Source: Prochlorococcus sp. AG-355-B18
GTDB lineage: Bacteria > Cyanobacteriota > Cyanobacteriia > PCC-6307 > Cyanobiaceae
Direction of reading: 5' to 3'
NCBI GenBank assembly: GCA_003280965.1
Contig: QCDI01000006.1
Span: forward strand, 32,001-96,000
DNA: 64,000 nt
Shown here: positions 10,681-22,604 of the stretch, in pieces
How the letters are laid out: every line of letters begins with the position of its first letter
Numbering within the stretch: the first letter of the stretch is position 1
Translations under genes and position numbers: made by a program
Notes under the pieces: model-generated
Database searches by the model: none
Seen by the model: only the letters and a program-made list of their open reading frames with translations
Told to the model about the DNA's origin: nothing

Positions 10681-11210
10681 TGGAAAAAGACGGTTTAGCC
10701 AAATCCTCGGACACTTCAATAGAAAACGAAGGTTTTTTTAGTCAAATTTTATCTAAAGATGGAATACCAAATCAATCATTAGATAATGACCACATAGGAA
10801 TAGAAAACATTTCCGTTGAACCTAGTAATTTATATGAAGCAGTATCGGCATTAAGAAATTACGGTTTCAACTATCTGCAATGTCAAGGTGGCTATGATGA
10901 AGGACCAGGCAAAAATCTTGTTAGTTTCTATCATTTTATAACTGTTGATGACTTTCAAAAGATTGAAAAAATTAAAGAAGTTAGATTAAAAGTTTTTTTA
11001 AAAAGAGATGCTGATTTATCTATCCCTAGTTTATATAAAATCTTTAGAGGAAGTGATTGGCAAGAAAGAGAAACATATGACATGTATGGAATAAATTTTA
11101 TTGACCATCCAAATCCTAAAAGACTCTTAATGCCTGAAGACTGGAGAGGATGGCCATTGAGAAAAGATTATATTCAGCCTGACTTCTATGAACTTCAAGA
11201 TGCTTATTAG
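10680..11210 (+). CDS. ndhJ: NDH-1 subunit J
   Basis: [20 protein letters not shown]. Confidence 0.97.
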   Translation: MEKDGLAKSSDTSIENEGFFSQILSKDGIPNQSLDNDHIGIENISVEPSNLYEAVSALRNYGFNYLQCQGGYDEGPGKNLVSFYHFITVDDFQKIEKIKEVRLKVFLKRDADLSIPSLYKIFRGSDWQERETYDMYGINFIDHPNPKRLLMPEDWRGWPLRKDYIQPDFYELQDAY

Positions 11211-12592
11211 TTTAATTTCTTTAATTTGCGGTATATGAACATTACTGCTCTCGCTAACCTTCTCGGATCATGTCTAAGAGTTGGGGTTATTCTTTTTGAA
11301 TATAATGGTGCCTGTAAAACATAATAACCTTCAGATAATAATTTTTCTTTATTACATTTAACAGGTTCTGCCCCTCTAGTTTCGTAATAGTCTACTAATG
11401 GAGACTTTTCAAATTGGACCTGAGATAAGATTGCGTTAAAGATTCTATTATTGACTCCAAAATTTGATAATTGCTTTTCTATTGATTTGATATGTTGATA
11501 AACATCAAGCCCATCCGTTTCCCCAGGTTGTGTCATCAAATTGCTTATGTAAATTTTAGGAGCATTGCTTTGCAATAAAGCGTCCACTATCTCTGGTACT
11601 AACAAATTAGGTAATAGTGAAGTATATAGACTACCTGGTCCAAGTATTATCAAATCAGCCTCTCTTATAGATTCTAGAGCACTTGAAAGAGCAGGAGGAT
11701 TTTCTGGAAGGTAACCAATCCTTGAAATTAGTTTTCTAGATTTGCTGATCTTGCTTTCGCCAAAAATTTTTTCACCATCCTCTAATTCGGCCCATAACAT
11801 AACATCAATATTTGTTGCCGGCAAAACTTGACCTTGTACCGCCAAAACTTTACTAGAGGCTTGAACTGCTTTTTCTAAACTACCTGTAATTGTTGTTAAA
11901 GCTGACAAGAATAAATTTCCAAAACTATGCCCCTCTAAACCACTTCCTCCTGAAAATCTATATTGAAATAATCTAGTTAAAATAGGTTCTTCGTTTGATA
12001 ATGCAGCCAAACAATTTCTAATATCGCCGGGAGGTTGGACGCCTAATTGTTTTCTAAGAATTCCACTACTTCCACCATCATCCGATACCGTTACGATTGC
12101 AGTAATGTTACTGCTGTAATTTTTTAAGCCTTTTAATAAAGTAGATAAGCCTGTACCTCCTCCAATTGCAACAATGTTAGGACCTCTATTTAATTTGCTC
12201 TTAACCCTTAATGCATCAACTAAAAATGTATTTTTTTCTGGAACAAGCGCTTTTTGAATAGAATTAATACTTCTATTTTGTCCAATCCCAATTAATAAAA
12301 GTCCAATAACAAAAATTAAAGGCCCCAATAATGAAACCGGCAAGATACTAGTTAAACCTGTCATTAACCAAAAAAATATTTCAATTAGCCAATAGAGTGG
12401 CCTCAAATTTGTCCAAATTGCAAGGCCTAATAATGTAGTTAAAAATCCTATTGCAGATGTAACCATCCATCTTTTAATGACCAGTCCTGGCAAAAGCCAA
12501 CTTAAAATTCTTACAATTTTGCTTAAAAAGACAAAATTAGATTTTTTAAAATTTTTATAATATCTTCTCACTCTTTTTTTACGCTTATTCAT
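11207..12592 (-). CDS. YvcK/CofD-like (UPF0052) protein with N-terminal membrane segments
   Basis: [29 protein letters not shown] motifs. Confidence 0.88.
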   Translation of the reverse strand: MNKRKKRVRRYYKNFKKSNFVFLSKIVRILSWLLPGLVIKRWMVTSAIGFLTTLLGLAIWTNLRPLYWLIEIFFWLMTGLTSILPVSLLGPLIFVIGLLLIGIGQNRSINSIQKALVPEKNTFLVDALRVKSKLNRGPNIVAIGGGTGLSTLLKGLKNYSSNITAIVTVSDDGGSSGILRKQLGVQPPGDIRNCLAALSNEEPILTRLFQYRFSGGSGLEGHSFGNLFLSALTTITGSLEKAVQASSKVLAVQGQVLPATNIDVMLWAELEDGEKIFGESKISKSRKLISRIGYLPENPPALSSALESIREADLIILGPGSLYTSLLPNLLVPEIVDALLQSNAPKIYISNLMTQPGETDGLDVYQHIKSIEKQLSNFGVNNRIFNAILSQVQFEKSPLVDYYETRGAEPVKCNKEKLLSEGYYVLQAPLYSKRITPTLRHDPRRLARAVMFIYRKLKKLN

Positions 12593-12729
12593 TAAAACCT
12601 CTTAAATTATTTTTATCAATTTTAAAAAACGTCATAATATTCATTATAAATCAAATTCATACATCCTTTTTTTATTTCTAAAAATAGGCAAAATGTAATA
12701 GAAGATGAGTTTTCCCTTTCTTATAGATT

Positions 12730-13515
12730 TTGAAAAAATCCAAGCATGCAGTTGAAACCAAGAACCTCTCAATAAGTTGGGGAGCAATCAATGTTCTTGA
12801 TCAACTTAATTTTGAACTTAATGAAGGGGAGAAATTAGCTATAGTTGGACCTTCAGGTTCTGGCAAATCAACAATTTTAAAAATATTAGCTGGCCTGATA
12901 TTGCCTACCAAAGGGGAATTAAGAATTTTTGGTGAAAAACAAAAATATTTGAGACTAGATCAAAATAATCCTCCTGATGTAAGACTAGTTTTTCAGAACC
13001 CAGCATTATTAGGATCTTTAACTGTAGAAGAAAATGTTGGTTTTCTACTTAAGAGAAATAAAAACCTAACTAAAAAGTTAATCCATGAAATAGTAAGTGA
13101 ATGTTTAGCTGAGGTTGGATTATTTAATGTTGAGAAGAAACTTCCAAATGAATTAAGCGGAGGAATGCAAAAAAGGGTTAGTTTTGCTAGAGCTTTAATT
13201 ACTGATCAAACTCTCAATACAAATACTAAGCCTTTATTACTTTTTGATGAACCAACTGCAGGGCTTGATCCAATAGCCTCATCAAGAATTGAAGATTTAA
13301 TTAATAAGACAAATAATAAAGCCAACGGATCATCTATTGTGGTTAGCCATGTTCTTAGTACTATAGAAAGGACTTCAGATAAAGTTTTAATGCTTTACGG
13401 GGGCAAATTTAGATGGGCAGGTTCTATTGATAAATTTAAAGAGAGCAATGATCCCTATGTATTTCAATTCAGGCATGGGAAACTTGATGGTCCAATGCAA
13501 CCCAAAGACATTTAA
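12730..13515 (+). CDS. ABC ATP-binding protein, MlaF/Mkl-like
   Basis: GPSGSGKST, LSGGMQKRVSFARA, DEPTAGLDP; upstream of an MCE-domain gene. Confidence 0.88.
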   Translation: MKKSKHAVETKNLSISWGAINVLDQLNFELNEGEKLAIVGPSGSGKSTILKILAGLILPTKGELRIFGEKQKYLRLDQNNPPDVRLVFQNPALLGSLTVEENVGFLLKRNKNLTKKLIHEIVSECLAEVGLFNVEKKLPNELSGGMQKRVSFARALITDQTLNTNTKPLLLFDEPTAGLDPIASSRIEDLINKTNNKANGSSIVVSHVLSTIERTSDKVLMLYGGKFRWAGSIDKFKESNDPYVFQFRHGKLDGPMQPKDI

Positions 13516-13520
13516 AAATT

Positions 13521-14366
13521 ATGCGTAAAAGCTTACGAGATTCAATAGTTGGATTTTCCTTATTAGGAGGATTTTTAATATTCACATTTTTTTCTTTTTG
13601 GCTAAGAGGAGTAAGATTATCATCAAAAAATTGGCACCTCTTTGCTGAATTCAATAACGCAAGCGGTTTATCAAAAAAGTCTCCAGTTACTTACAGAGGA
13701 ATTTTAGTTGGATCAATAGAAGATATCTTATTTACTAATGAATCAATTAAAGCAAAAATAGTTTTAAACAATCCAGATATCATTCTTCCTAGGCCAACAT
13801 TTGCAAGAGTAGTAACCAATTCTTTTCTTGGAGGAGATGTGCAAGTCGCTTTAGAGACAAGCGAAAAATCATTGCCCAAAAATATTGAAAAACCTATATC
13901 CGAAAAATGCGATACCAAATTAATTATTTGTCAGGGAGATACTATCACAGGTAAACAACTATCAAGTCTCTCAAATATAACTAATAAAATCAGTCAACTT
14001 TTAAAAGACACAAATCAAGAAAACTTAATTGAAAACATCGTTAACTCAATTGACCAATTTGACAGAACACAAGAAAATCTTGATGAATTAATTTTTTTAT
14101 CAAAACAAGAACTAAAAAGAGTTGAACCTCTAATAAAAGAAATGGCAATTGCTGCCAATCATTTGAATAACATTTTGTCTACTATCGATGACGAAGAAAC
14201 CCTTAATGACATCAAATTGACAATTAATGCTGCTAGATCTATCTCAACCAAAATAGATGATATGAGTGATGATTTTGAAAAATTAACGCAAGATAAAGAA
14301 TTAACTAAATCTATAAGAGATTTAACGATTGGACTTTCAAAATTCCTTAACGAAATTTATCCCTGA
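13521..14366 (+). CDS. MlaD/MCE-domain protein
   Basis: N-terminal TM helix, ASGL..SPVTYRGILVGSI, helical C-terminus. Confidence 0.88.
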   Translation: MRKSLRDSIVGFSLLGGFLIFTFFSFWLRGVRLSSKNWHLFAEFNNASGLSKKSPVTYRGILVGSIEDILFTNESIKAKIVLNNPDIILPRPTFARVVTNSFLGGDVQVALETSEKSLPKNIEKPISEKCDTKLIICQGDTITGKQLSSLSNITNKISQLLKDTNQENLIENIVNSIDQFDRTQENLDELIFLSKQELKRVEPLIKEMAIAANHLNNILSTIDDEETLNDIKLTINAARSISTKIDDMSDDFEKLTQDKELTKSIRDLTIGLSKFLNEIYP

Positions 14367-14373
14367 GAAATAT

Positions 14374-16557
14374 TTAGAATTCATTTATAGCATTTAAAGC
14401 CATAGCTGCGATTGCTTTATCTGTGGCTTTTGGCAGTTGGACATATTTCCCTTGAGCTGCCTCTGCTAATTCTTTACCAAATCCGCTTGCTATAAATTTT
14501 CTCTCTGTGTCAATTACTAAGAGTTTTATACCAAGCATGGGATATTTTGCAGCGATATCTAGAACCTCCTGTTTTAAATTGACATTTTCATTTTCATTAT
14601 CTTTTCCCTCAACTTCATTTTGTCCTAGAGATACTCCTAATGGAACATTTCCTCGGCCATCGGTAATCCCAACAACAATCACTTGCCCTATATCTCCTGT
14701 TGCAAGAGCATTTTTTGCTACTTTTGCTGATTGTGTTAGTCCATGAGCCAAAGGCGATCCACCTCCACATGGCATCGTTTCTAGCCTTCTTTTCGCTGCA
14801 GTTATAGATCTTGTTGGAGGCAAAAGAACTTCTGCTTGGTTACCTCTAAAGGGAATAAGAGCTACTTCATCTCTATTCTCATATGCCTCAGTCAAAAGTC
14901 TGATAACTGCACCTTTAGCACTTTGCATTCTATTAAGAGCCATAGAACCACTAGCATCAACGAGAAAAATAACTAAAGCACCCGCCTTTTTTTGAAGAAG
15001 CTTTGCCCTAAAATCATTTTCTTCTATAACTATTGATTTATTAGGATTCCTTAATCTTCTCGATTTTTGATAAGGAGCAGCAGCTCTAAGGGTAGCATCT
15101 ACCGCAATTCTTTTTACTTTACCTCTTGGAATTATAGGTTTTACATATCTTCCTCTACTATCACTAAATATCACTGATCTACTTCCACTATTTCCTGCTT
15201 TTGCTTTAGCTGATGAAAAAAGTAATAAATCAGGATCGACCATACATGCCTCAGGATCTAGTATAAATTCTTCTGGTATTTCGGGAGTAGATTCCTCTTC
15301 TCCATCAGAATTATCTTCTTCTTGTTCTTGGTCCTGCTCATTATCATTTTCATTAGTATCAGGTTCAGACTCATCATTGTTTGATTGAGGTGGAGGTGGA
15401 GGACTCTGATCCTCTGGAGGGGGTGGTTGAATATCATCGTCGTCTGGAGGTATTTGCATTGCTCGTGGAAGAATAACTAACCTTACTGCGACTTTTAGGT
15501 CTTCAGAATTTACATTCTCATCGCCTCGAAGAGCTGCATTAGCCTTTGCTACTTTTACTGCAAATAATTCTGACCTATGTCCTTCTACTCCTCCCCTAAG
15601 AGCTTCATTCACTAAATAGGTTATTTGCTCTTTTGTTATCTTGACATCCTTTAACCATTGTCTTGCCAAAATTAATTGAGTAGATAAATTATCGGATTCT
15701 TCCGACCATTTCTCTGAAAATTTAATATTATTTTCTGCATGTGATAAAACAGATTTTGTAATCTCAACTCTTTGAGCATTATCAATAGATTGATCTGCCG
15801 AAAGCACAATAGCAAAACGATCTAAAACATGATCTCGTAAAGCACCTTCTTCAGGATTATAAGTTGCTATTAGAAGGGACTTACAAGGATGAGAGAGGCT
15901 CAAACCATCTCTTTCAATATTATTTTGCTCTCTTCCTATAGCTTCAAGAATTAAATTTACAATTCCATCATCCAACAAATTTATATCGTCTACATACAGA
16001 ACACCTCTATGAGCTTCTGCTAAAATTCCTGGCTGAAACACTTGTTCTCCCGTACTTAATGAGGCAGCGACATCAATTGACCCAACAAGTCTATCTTCAG
16101 TTATACCAATGGGAACTTGTACAAATGGTGCCTCTTTTACTTTTTTTGGAACTTCATCAATTTGATTCAAATAATCACTTCCAATTGTCTCCTCTAACAA
16201 TTTAATAGTACTAATATCCCATTCCTCTGGTTTATCTGGATCTAGGTTCCTACCAATAGGTCTTAATGAAGTATTACTATTTCTCTTAGATAGTGTTTCC
16301 AGTATTGATTCATTATCCAATACTTCTACAGGAGGGAGTAAAGTATGCAAACCCCTTGCTAATACTGACTTACCAGTACCTCTTCCGCCAGCGATAATCA
16401 CTCCTCCTAAACTCGGATCAACTGCTGCCAAAAGCAAAGATAATTTCAATAAGCTATGACCTGTAATAGCCGCCAAAGGAAAAGCTCTAAAAGAATCCTT
16501 TGAATTCATTAAATCTTTTATTTCTCCTTTTTCTTTTAACTCGGAGTTCAAAATCAC
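14374..16557 (-). CDS. chlD: magnesium chelatase subunit D
   Basis: AAA-like N-terminus (GRGTGKS), Pro/acidic linker, vWA MIDAS DASGSM. Confidence 0.96.
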   Translation of the reverse strand: MILNSELKEKGEIKDLMNSKDSFRAFPLAAITGHSLLKLSLLLAAVDPSLGGVIIAGGRGTGKSVLARGLHTLLPPVEVLDNESILETLSKRNSNTSLRPIGRNLDPDKPEEWDISTIKLLEETIGSDYLNQIDEVPKKVKEAPFVQVPIGITEDRLVGSIDVAASLSTGEQVFQPGILAEAHRGVLYVDDINLLDDGIVNLILEAIGREQNNIERDGLSLSHPCKSLLIATYNPEEGALRDHVLDRFAIVLSADQSIDNAQRVEITKSVLSHAENNIKFSEKWSEESDNLSTQLILARQWLKDVKITKEQITYLVNEALRGGVEGHRSELFAVKVAKANAALRGDENVNSEDLKVAVRLVILPRAMQIPPDDDDIQPPPPEDQSPPPPPQSNNDESEPDTNENDNEQDQEQEEDNSDGEEESTPEIPEEFILDPEACMVDPDLLLFSSAKAKAGNSGSRSVIFSDSRGRYVKPIIPRGKVKRIAVDATLRAAAPYQKSRRLRNPNKSIVIEENDFRAKLLQKKAGALVIFLVDASGSMALNRMQSAKGAVIRLLTEAYENRDEVALIPFRGNQAEVLLPPTRSITAAKRRLETMPCGGGSPLAHGLTQSAKVAKNALATGDIGQVIVVGITDGRGNVPLGVSLGQNEVEGKDNENENVNLKQEVLDIAAKYPMLGIKLLVIDTERKFIASGFGKELAEAAQGKYVQLPKATDKAIAAMALNAINEF

Positions 16558-16593
16558 TTTAAAAATGCCTGATATAGAATTTATCCAATAACT

Positions 16594-17169
16594 TTGTTTT
16601 TTGTAGTGGAATTATCAAATCTTAATATCAAAAATGGACTATGTATATCCCTCGGAGCAAATATTGATAGTAAATTCGGAAGCCCTCTTGAGTCACTATT
16701 AATTTGCAAACCAAAAATAGAGGAAATAATAAATGAGTGGGGAGATAGTTCTAACAAAAAAAAAGAAGAGAAAAGCAAATTTCATGCAAACTTTTTCTGG
16801 TCTTCAATTTATGAGACATTACCCCATGGTGTTGAAAATGAGCAGCCAAATTATTTAAATACTCTATTACTTATAAAAAGTAATTCTTTTCCACAACCAT
16901 CAAATAAAAAAGCTAAATCACTTCTAAAAGAGCTAAAAAAGTTAGAGAGATTTTTCGGACGGGAAGAGACGCCAAAGGGCAAGAAATGGCTATCAAGATG
17001 TCTCGATTTAGATATTCTTTGGTGGGAAGATTTTCATACAGTTGACGAGGAATTAACATTGCCTCACCCTAGATTCATGAATCGGAATTTTGTTATTACG
17101 CCACTATCTGAAATCTTAAGTAGAAGCCAAAAAATCACAAAGTTTGATGTCCCAAAATGGTATATATAA
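16594..17169 (+). CDS. folK: 6-hydroxymethyl-7,8-dihydropterin pyrophosphokinase
   Basis: [25 protein letters not shown]; start codon uncertain. Confidence 0.9.
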   Translation: MFFVVELSNLNIKNGLCISLGANIDSKFGSPLESLLICKPKIEEIINEWGDSSNKKKEEKSKFHANFFWSSIYETLPHGVENEQPNYLNTLLLIKSNSFPQPSNKKAKSLLKELKKLERFFGREETPKGKKWLSRCLDLDILWWEDFHTVDEELTLPHPRFMNRNFVITPLSEILSRSQKITKFDVPKWYI

Positions 17170-17220
17170 ATGATTTACAAAACCAAAAAATAACTGTTAG
17201 GCTATTTTTATTTCAAAATT

Positions 17221-17784
17221 ATGGGCAATAAAAACCTTATAAGAAGATCAATTTTTAAAGAAAAAATATCTGAGTTAAAGTCAAAAAAATTTAGTTTCGA
17301 AATAAATAGAATTGAACTTCCAAATGGACATGAAGGTGAATATGGATACATTAAGCATCCTGGGGCAGCATTAGCCGTACCTATTACAAAAGACAATAAA
17401 GTTATCATTCTTCGGCAATATAGATTTGCTGTTTCAAGATATTTATTAGAATTTCCAGCAGGTACATTAGAAATAGGTGAAACACCTATTAATTCAATTC
17501 AAAGAGAAATACAAGAGGAGACTGGATTCAGTGCAAACAAATGGGATGAACTAGGAACTCTTGTCCCTGCTCCTGGTTATGCAGATGAAGAAATTTATTT
17601 ATTTTTAGCCCGTGATTTAAACAAACTCAATTCCGAGGTTAAAGGAGATTTAGATGAAGATATAGAAGTATTAATTTTAGATCCAGACAAACTAGATAAT
17701 CTTATTTCTAGTGGGGATGAAATTCTTGACGCAAAAACTGTGACGGCTTGGTTTAGAGCTAAACAATTTTTAGATAGATCATGA
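17221..17784 (+). CDS. Nudix hydrolase (ADP-ribose pyrophosphatase-like)
   Basis: Nudix box EFPAGTLEIGE...REIQEETG. Confidence 0.9.
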   Translation: MGNKNLIRRSIFKEKISELKSKKFSFEINRIELPNGHEGEYGYIKHPGAALAVPITKDNKVIILRQYRFAVSRYLLEFPAGTLEIGETPINSIQREIQEETGFSANKWDELGTLVPAPGYADEEIYLFLARDLNKLNSEVKGDLDEDIEVLILDPDKLDNLISSGDEILDAKTVTAWFRAKQFLDRS

Positions 17785-19214
17785 ATAAACCTAGAATACT
17801 TTTTTGGCATAGAAAGGATTTAAGAATATTTGATAATAAAGCTTTAATCAAAGCATTTTCATTATCAAATGCTATTACTTCAACTTATATATTTGATAAA
17901 AATTACTCACACGATTTCAATGCAAGTTCGCGAGCTTGGTTTTTAGGAAATTCACTACAAGAATTAGGAAATAATTGGAAAAAAATGGGTAGTAGATTAA
18001 TTTTAAAAGAGGGAGATCCAATATTAATGATCCCTAAATTAGCAAAGAAAATAGATGCTAAATTTGTTTTTTGGAATAGATCAATTGAACCTTATGAGAT
18101 TAATCGCGATTTACAAATAAAAAAATTTTTAAAAGAACAAAATATTCAAGTAATTGAAACTTGGGATCACTTATTAGTAGAACCTTTAAAAATATTTTCA
18201 GGGAATAATAATCCTTATTCAGTTTATGGACCTTTTTATAAAAACCTTAAATCAAAAATGAATTTAATAGGTTCATATGAACAAGATAAAGTTGGTTTCC
18301 AGTTTAAAGATATAGATAAAAAACTCAAAGATAAGACAATAAATTCATCTGATTCGGTTCTAGAGAAATTTATCAAAAATATCAAATTTCCTGGTTCGAA
18401 TATTTGTCCATGTAGGCCTGGAGAGAATGCTGCAGAAACATTATTAGAAAACTTCATCAACGAAAAAAAAATATTTTCTTATAATTCTGCACGAGATTTT
18501 CCTTCCCATAATGGGACATCTTTTCTAAGTGCATCTCTCAGATTCGGCACTATCAGCATTAGAAAAGTTTGGAACGCCACATTAAATTTAAATTCAGATT
18601 TGGAAAATCAAGGAAATTGTCTATCAATTAAAACTTGGCAAAAAGAACTTGTTTGGCGTGAATTTTATCATCATTGCTTATTCCATTTCCCAGAGCTAGA
18701 GAAAGGTCCATATAGAAAAAAATGGGATCACTTTCCATGGCAAAACAATAATGAATGGTTTCAGCATTGGAGCAACGGAGAGACCGGAGTACCTATAGTT
18801 GATGCTGCAATGCGTCAACTAAATAGTACTGGCTGGATGCATAACAGATGTAGGATGATAGTCGCTTCATTTCTGGTAAAAGATCTTATATGCAATTGGC
18901 AAATGGGCGAGAAAAAATTTATGGCTACTTTAGTAGATGGAGACTTAGCTGCAAATAATGGGGGATGGCAGTGGAGCGCCAGTAGCGGTATGGATCCAAA
19001 ACCACTTAGAATTTTTAATCCATATACCCAAGCAAAAAAATTTGATCCTATTTGCGAATATATAAAATATTGGATTCCTGAATTATCTAAAGTGTCAAAT
19101 TCAGAATTATTAAATGGGGAGATATCTAATTTAGAAAAAAATAATTATTCAAGACCTATTGTCAATCACAACATACAACAAAGATTATTTAAATCACTTT
19201 ATGCTGAAATTTGA
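17781..19214 (+). CDS. phrB: CPD DNA photolyase
   Basis: WHRKDLRIFDN, WREFY, GWMHNRCRM, NNGGWQW, RIFNP. Confidence 0.95.
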   Translation: MNKPRILFWHRKDLRIFDNKALIKAFSLSNAITSTYIFDKNYSHDFNASSRAWFLGNSLQELGNNWKKMGSRLILKEGDPILMIPKLAKKIDAKFVFWNRSIEPYEINRDLQIKKFLKEQNIQVIETWDHLLVEPLKIFSGNNNPYSVYGPFYKNLKSKMNLIGSYEQDKVGFQFKDIDKKLKDKTINSSDSVLEKFIKNIKFPGSNICPCRPGENAAETLLENFINEKKIFSYNSARDFPSHNGTSFLSASLRFGTISIRKVWNATLNLNSDLENQGNCLSIKTWQKELVWREFYHHCLFHFPELEKGPYRKKWDHFPWQNNNEWFQHWSNGETGVPIVDAAMRQLNSTGWMHNRCRMIVASFLVKDLICNWQMGEKKFMATLVDGDLAANNGGWQWSASSGMDPKPLRIFNPYTQAKKFDPICEYIKYWIPELSKVSNSELLNGEISNLEKNNYSRPIVNHNIQQRLFKSLYAEI

Positions 19215-20404
19215 ATTTCCTTTATACAATTCTTTAAAACTTTATTTAAATTTTCTGCTACATAAACTTGCTCTTCATAAGAAATTTCAGGAAACATTGG
19301 AAGACTAAGAACTTCTGTACAAATTCTCTCTGTATTAATGAGTTTTGTTCTTGAAAAATTTTTATTTTTGTAAGCTATTTGTGCGTGTATTGGAATTGGA
19401 TAATAAATAATTGAATTAATACCTTTTTCAAAAAGTTGTTGTTTTACCAAATTTCTTAAGGAATAGTATTTTTTGCAATCAGTATCAAATAAATTTGAAA
19501 AATCTTCATTTAAAAAATATTTATCATTTCTTAATTTAATGACAAATTGATTCCAAGAATGGGAAATTGAATCAGAGCTAATTTTTGGAAAACTAATAAA
19601 TGGATTTTTTTCTAATAAATCAAGGTAATTATTAGCAATTTTTTGGCGATTATTAATCCACTTAGAAATATATTTAATTTTAATGTTTAATATGGCAGCT
19701 TGAATGGTATCAAGTCTGCTGTTATATCCAATTTGGGTATGATGATATCTTATTGGACTGCCATGAACAGCCAGTTCTCTAATTTTTTTTGCAATCTTCT
19801 GATCTGAAGTTGTTACTGCTCCACCATCTCCAGCAGCTCCTAAATTTTTAGTAGGGAAAAAGCTAAAACAGCCTATATCACCGATACTACCAACTTTGGA
19901 ATTTTCCCACATTGTGCATGTTGCCTGAGCACAATCTTCGATTACTTTTAAGTCATATTTCTTGGCCAAAGATTTTATTAAGGTCATATTCACTGCATTA
20001 CCAAATAGATGAACTGGCATAATTGCCTTGGTATTAGAATTTATTTCTTGTTCTATTAGTTCAGTATTAATGAGATAAGTTTCTGGATCTATATCTACCA
20101 AAACAGGATTAGCACCAACTGCACTAATAGCCTCTGCAGTTGCAAAAAAGCTAAAAGATGAGGTAATAACTTCATCACCCACACCAATATCTAATGCGCG
20201 CAAAGCCAAAACTAAAGCATCAGTCCCACTGTTACATCCAATAGTATTTTCAACACCAATCAGATTTGAAAAACTCTCCTCAAATTTGGCAATTTCTTGT
20301 CCTCCAATATACTGGCCCCCTTTTAAAACCTTAAAAACCTCACCTTCAACTTCTGAGCCAATTTCGTGGTACTGCCTATTTAAAGTAAATGGAGGTATCT
20401 GCAT
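19199..20404 (-). CDS. DegT/DnrJ/EryC1/StrS PLP-dependent aminotransferase
   Basis: NSGTDAL, IEDCAQA, SFFPTKNLGAAGDGG, NSRLD. Confidence 0.92.
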   Translation of the reverse strand: MQIPPFTLNRQYHEIGSEVEGEVFKVLKGGQYIGGQEIAKFEESFSNLIGVENTIGCNSGTDALVLALRALDIGVGDEVITSSFSFFATAEAISAVGANPVLVDIDPETYLINTELIEQEINSNTKAIMPVHLFGNAVNMTLIKSLAKKYDLKVIEDCAQATCTMWENSKVGSIGDIGCFSFFPTKNLGAAGDGGAVTTSDQKIAKKIRELAVHGSPIRYHHTQIGYNSRLDTIQAAILNIKIKYISKWINNRQKIANNYLDLLEKNPFISFPKISSDSISHSWNQFVIKLRNDKYFLNEDFSNLFDTDCKKYYSLRNLVKQQLFEKGINSIIYYPIPIHAQIAYKNKNFSRTKLINTERICTEVLSLPMFPEISYEEQVYVAENLNKVLKNCIKEIQISA

Positions 20405-20457
20405 AGTAAATATATTAACCCTAAACCATAATTCTACGGGTAAAAATTTTTTTTAAT

Positions 20458-21051
20458 TCATTTAAACCAACTTGGTTCTTTACCAGGAGTCCATTTTATA
20501 TTGCAACCTAAAGAAGGTATCTGATTTGAAGGATAAGAATTATCTTGATTCAAATCTTTTACAGCAGAGCGCAAATCTTTTCCAGATAGAGGGATATTAT
20601 TTCCTGGTCTACTATCGTCTAATTGGCCATGATAAAACAATAAAAAATCACCATCTCCTTCATTTGAAAAAAGATAAAAATCAGGGGTGCAAGCCGCTTT
20701 TAATTCCTTAGCAAAATTTTGATTTTCATCGTAAAGATAAGGGAAACTCCATCCCTGTGTTTGTGCCTGTAATCTCAAATTTTTAGGAGAATCTGAAGGA
20801 TGAGTAATAATATCATTACTAGAAATCGCAACTGTTTGAACTGTATTTTCAATTTCTTTACTTAAGGTGAAAATTTGATTCTCAATATATTTAACAAATG
20901 GGCAATGGGCACAAATAAACATTAAAAGTAAATGCCGATTATCTAGATTATGAGAATTAAAATATTCATTTTTTGAGGAATTAGCATTTAACATTTCGAA
21001 ATTCGGTAATTGAAAACCTAATTCCAAAACCATAGAATTTGTTCTGACCAT
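20458..21051 (-). CDS. thioredoxin-fold AhpC/TSA-like protein
   Basis: CAHCPFV, AACTPDF, GCNIKW. Confidence 0.88.
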   Translation of the reverse strand: MVRTNSMVLELGFQLPNFEMLNANSSKNEYFNSHNLDNRHLLLMFICAHCPFVKYIENQIFTLSKEIENTVQTVAISSNDIITHPSDSPKNLRLQAQTQGWSFPYLYDENQNFAKELKAACTPDFYLFSNEGDGDFLLFYHGQLDDSRPGNNIPLSGKDLRSAVKDLNQDNSYPSNQIPSLGCNIKWTPGKEPSWFK

Positions 21052-21156
21052 ATTTAAGGTTAATAATCTTTGATATTTGAAAATTATTGTATATTTTGCA
21101 GTAATCCGTAAAGATAGGTACTTTTATATAGGAGAATAATAGAAATAATAAACAAA

Positions 21157-21939
21157 ATGCTTCTTAATCTAACTGGCAAAAAAATTCTTGTTACAGGAAT
21201 TGCCAACAATCGTTCAATAGCATGGGGTATTGCTCAACAACTTTCACAAGCTGGCGCAGAACTAGGAATCACATATTTGCCTGATGACAAGGGAAGATTT
21301 GAATCTAAAGTTAGAGAACTAACTGAACCGTTAAACCCATCTTTATTTTTGCCTCTTGATGTGCAAAATCCAGCTCAAATTGAAGAGATATTTAAAAATA
21401 TAAAAAACAATTGGGGTCAAATTGACGGATTAGTTCACTGCTTAGCATTTGCGGGACGCGACGAATTGATTGGAGATTATAGTGCTACCACTTCAGAGGG
21501 TTTTGATAGGGCTCTTAATATAAGTGCGTACTCATTAGCACCTTTATGTAAAGCAGCAAAACCACTTTTTAGTGATGGTGCTGGAGTTGTATCACTGACC
21601 TATTTAGGGTCAGAGAGGGCTATTCCAAACTACAACGTTATGGGCGTTGCTAAAGCAGCTTTAGAAGCTTCAGTAAGATATCTCTCTGCAGAACTTGGTC
21701 CCGAAAAACAAGTCAGAGTTAATGCAATAAGTGCTGGACCTATTAGAACACTTGCGAGTTCTGCTATAGGTGGCATTTTAGATATGATTCACAATGTTGA
21801 AGAAAAGGCTCCTTTGCGCAGAACAGTCACTCAAACAGAAGTAGGTAATACTGCTGCTTTTTTATTAAGTGATCTCTCTAGCGGCATTTCTGGCCAAACA
21901 ATTTATGTTGATGCAGGTTACTGCATTAATGGAATGTAA
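21157..21939 (+). CDS. fabI: enoyl-ACP reductase
   Basis: [31 protein letters not shown]. Confidence 0.97.
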   Translation: MLLNLTGKKILVTGIANNRSIAWGIAQQLSQAGAELGITYLPDDKGRFESKVRELTEPLNPSLFLPLDVQNPAQIEEIFKNIKNNWGQIDGLVHCLAFAGRDELIGDYSATTSEGFDRALNISAYSLAPLCKAAKPLFSDGAGVVSLTYLGSERAIPNYNVMGVAKAALEASVRYLSAELGPEKQVRVNAISAGPIRTLASSAIGGILDMIHNVEEKAPLRRTVTQTEVGNTAAFLLSDLSSGISGQTIYVDAGYCINGM

Positions 21940-21958
21940 ACTAAGTTTTTTCATAAAA

Positions 21959-22564
21959 ATGTCATCTCCAAGGCAATCTGAAATAAAAAGAAAAACGAAT
22001 GAAACAGATATTTCTGTATTTATAAACTTAGATGGGAAGGGGATTTCTGAGATTGATACCGGGATACCATTCTTAGATCATATGCTTCATCAAATATCCA
22101 GTCATGGTTTGTTCGATTTAAAAATAAAAGCAATTGGAGATACCCATATTGATGATCATCATACAAATGAAGATGTAGGAATCGCATTAGGCAAAGCATT
22201 TTCAAAAGCTTTGGGAGAAAGAAAAGGAATAAGCAGATTTGGACATTTCTTTGCTCCATTAGATGAAGCATTAGTTCAAGTCACTTTAGACTGTTCTGGC
22301 AGACCACATCTATCTTATGATCTTCAATTAAAAGCTCCAAGAATAGGAAATTATGATACTGAACTAGTAAAAGAATTTTTTATTGCCCTTGTAAATAACA
22401 GCGGTATTACTCTGCATATTAATCAAATACAAGGTAGTAATTCACATCACATAGTTGAGGCTTGCTTTAAAGCTTTTTCAAGAGCAATGCGAATGGCTAC
22501 CGAAATAGATCTGAGAAGATCTGATTCAATTCCAAGCAGTAAAGGAATGCTAGAAAACCAATAA
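21959..22564 (+). CDS. hisB: imidazoleglycerol-phosphate dehydratase
   Basis: [29 protein letters not shown] at 21959. Confidence 0.97.
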   Translation: MSSPRQSEIKRKTNETDISVFINLDGKGISEIDTGIPFLDHMLHQISSHGLFDLKIKAIGDTHIDDHHTNEDVGIALGKAFSKALGERKGISRFGHFFAPLDEALVQVTLDCSGRPHLSYDLQLKAPRIGNYDTELVKEFFIALVNNSGITLHINQIQGSNSHHIVEACFKAFSRAMRMATEIDLRRSDSIPSSKGMLENQ

Positions 22565-22604
22565 AATAGGAATTTTTTCGAATCAGCCACAATTCAGTTG
22601 ATTT

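Noticed and set aside
15290..15450. Pro-rich and acidic low-complexity repeats
   Set aside because: Normal ChlD linker.
21869..21958. N-terminal extension of hisB
   Set aside because: Overlaps the fabI 3' end; ATG at 21959 gives a normal-length HisB.
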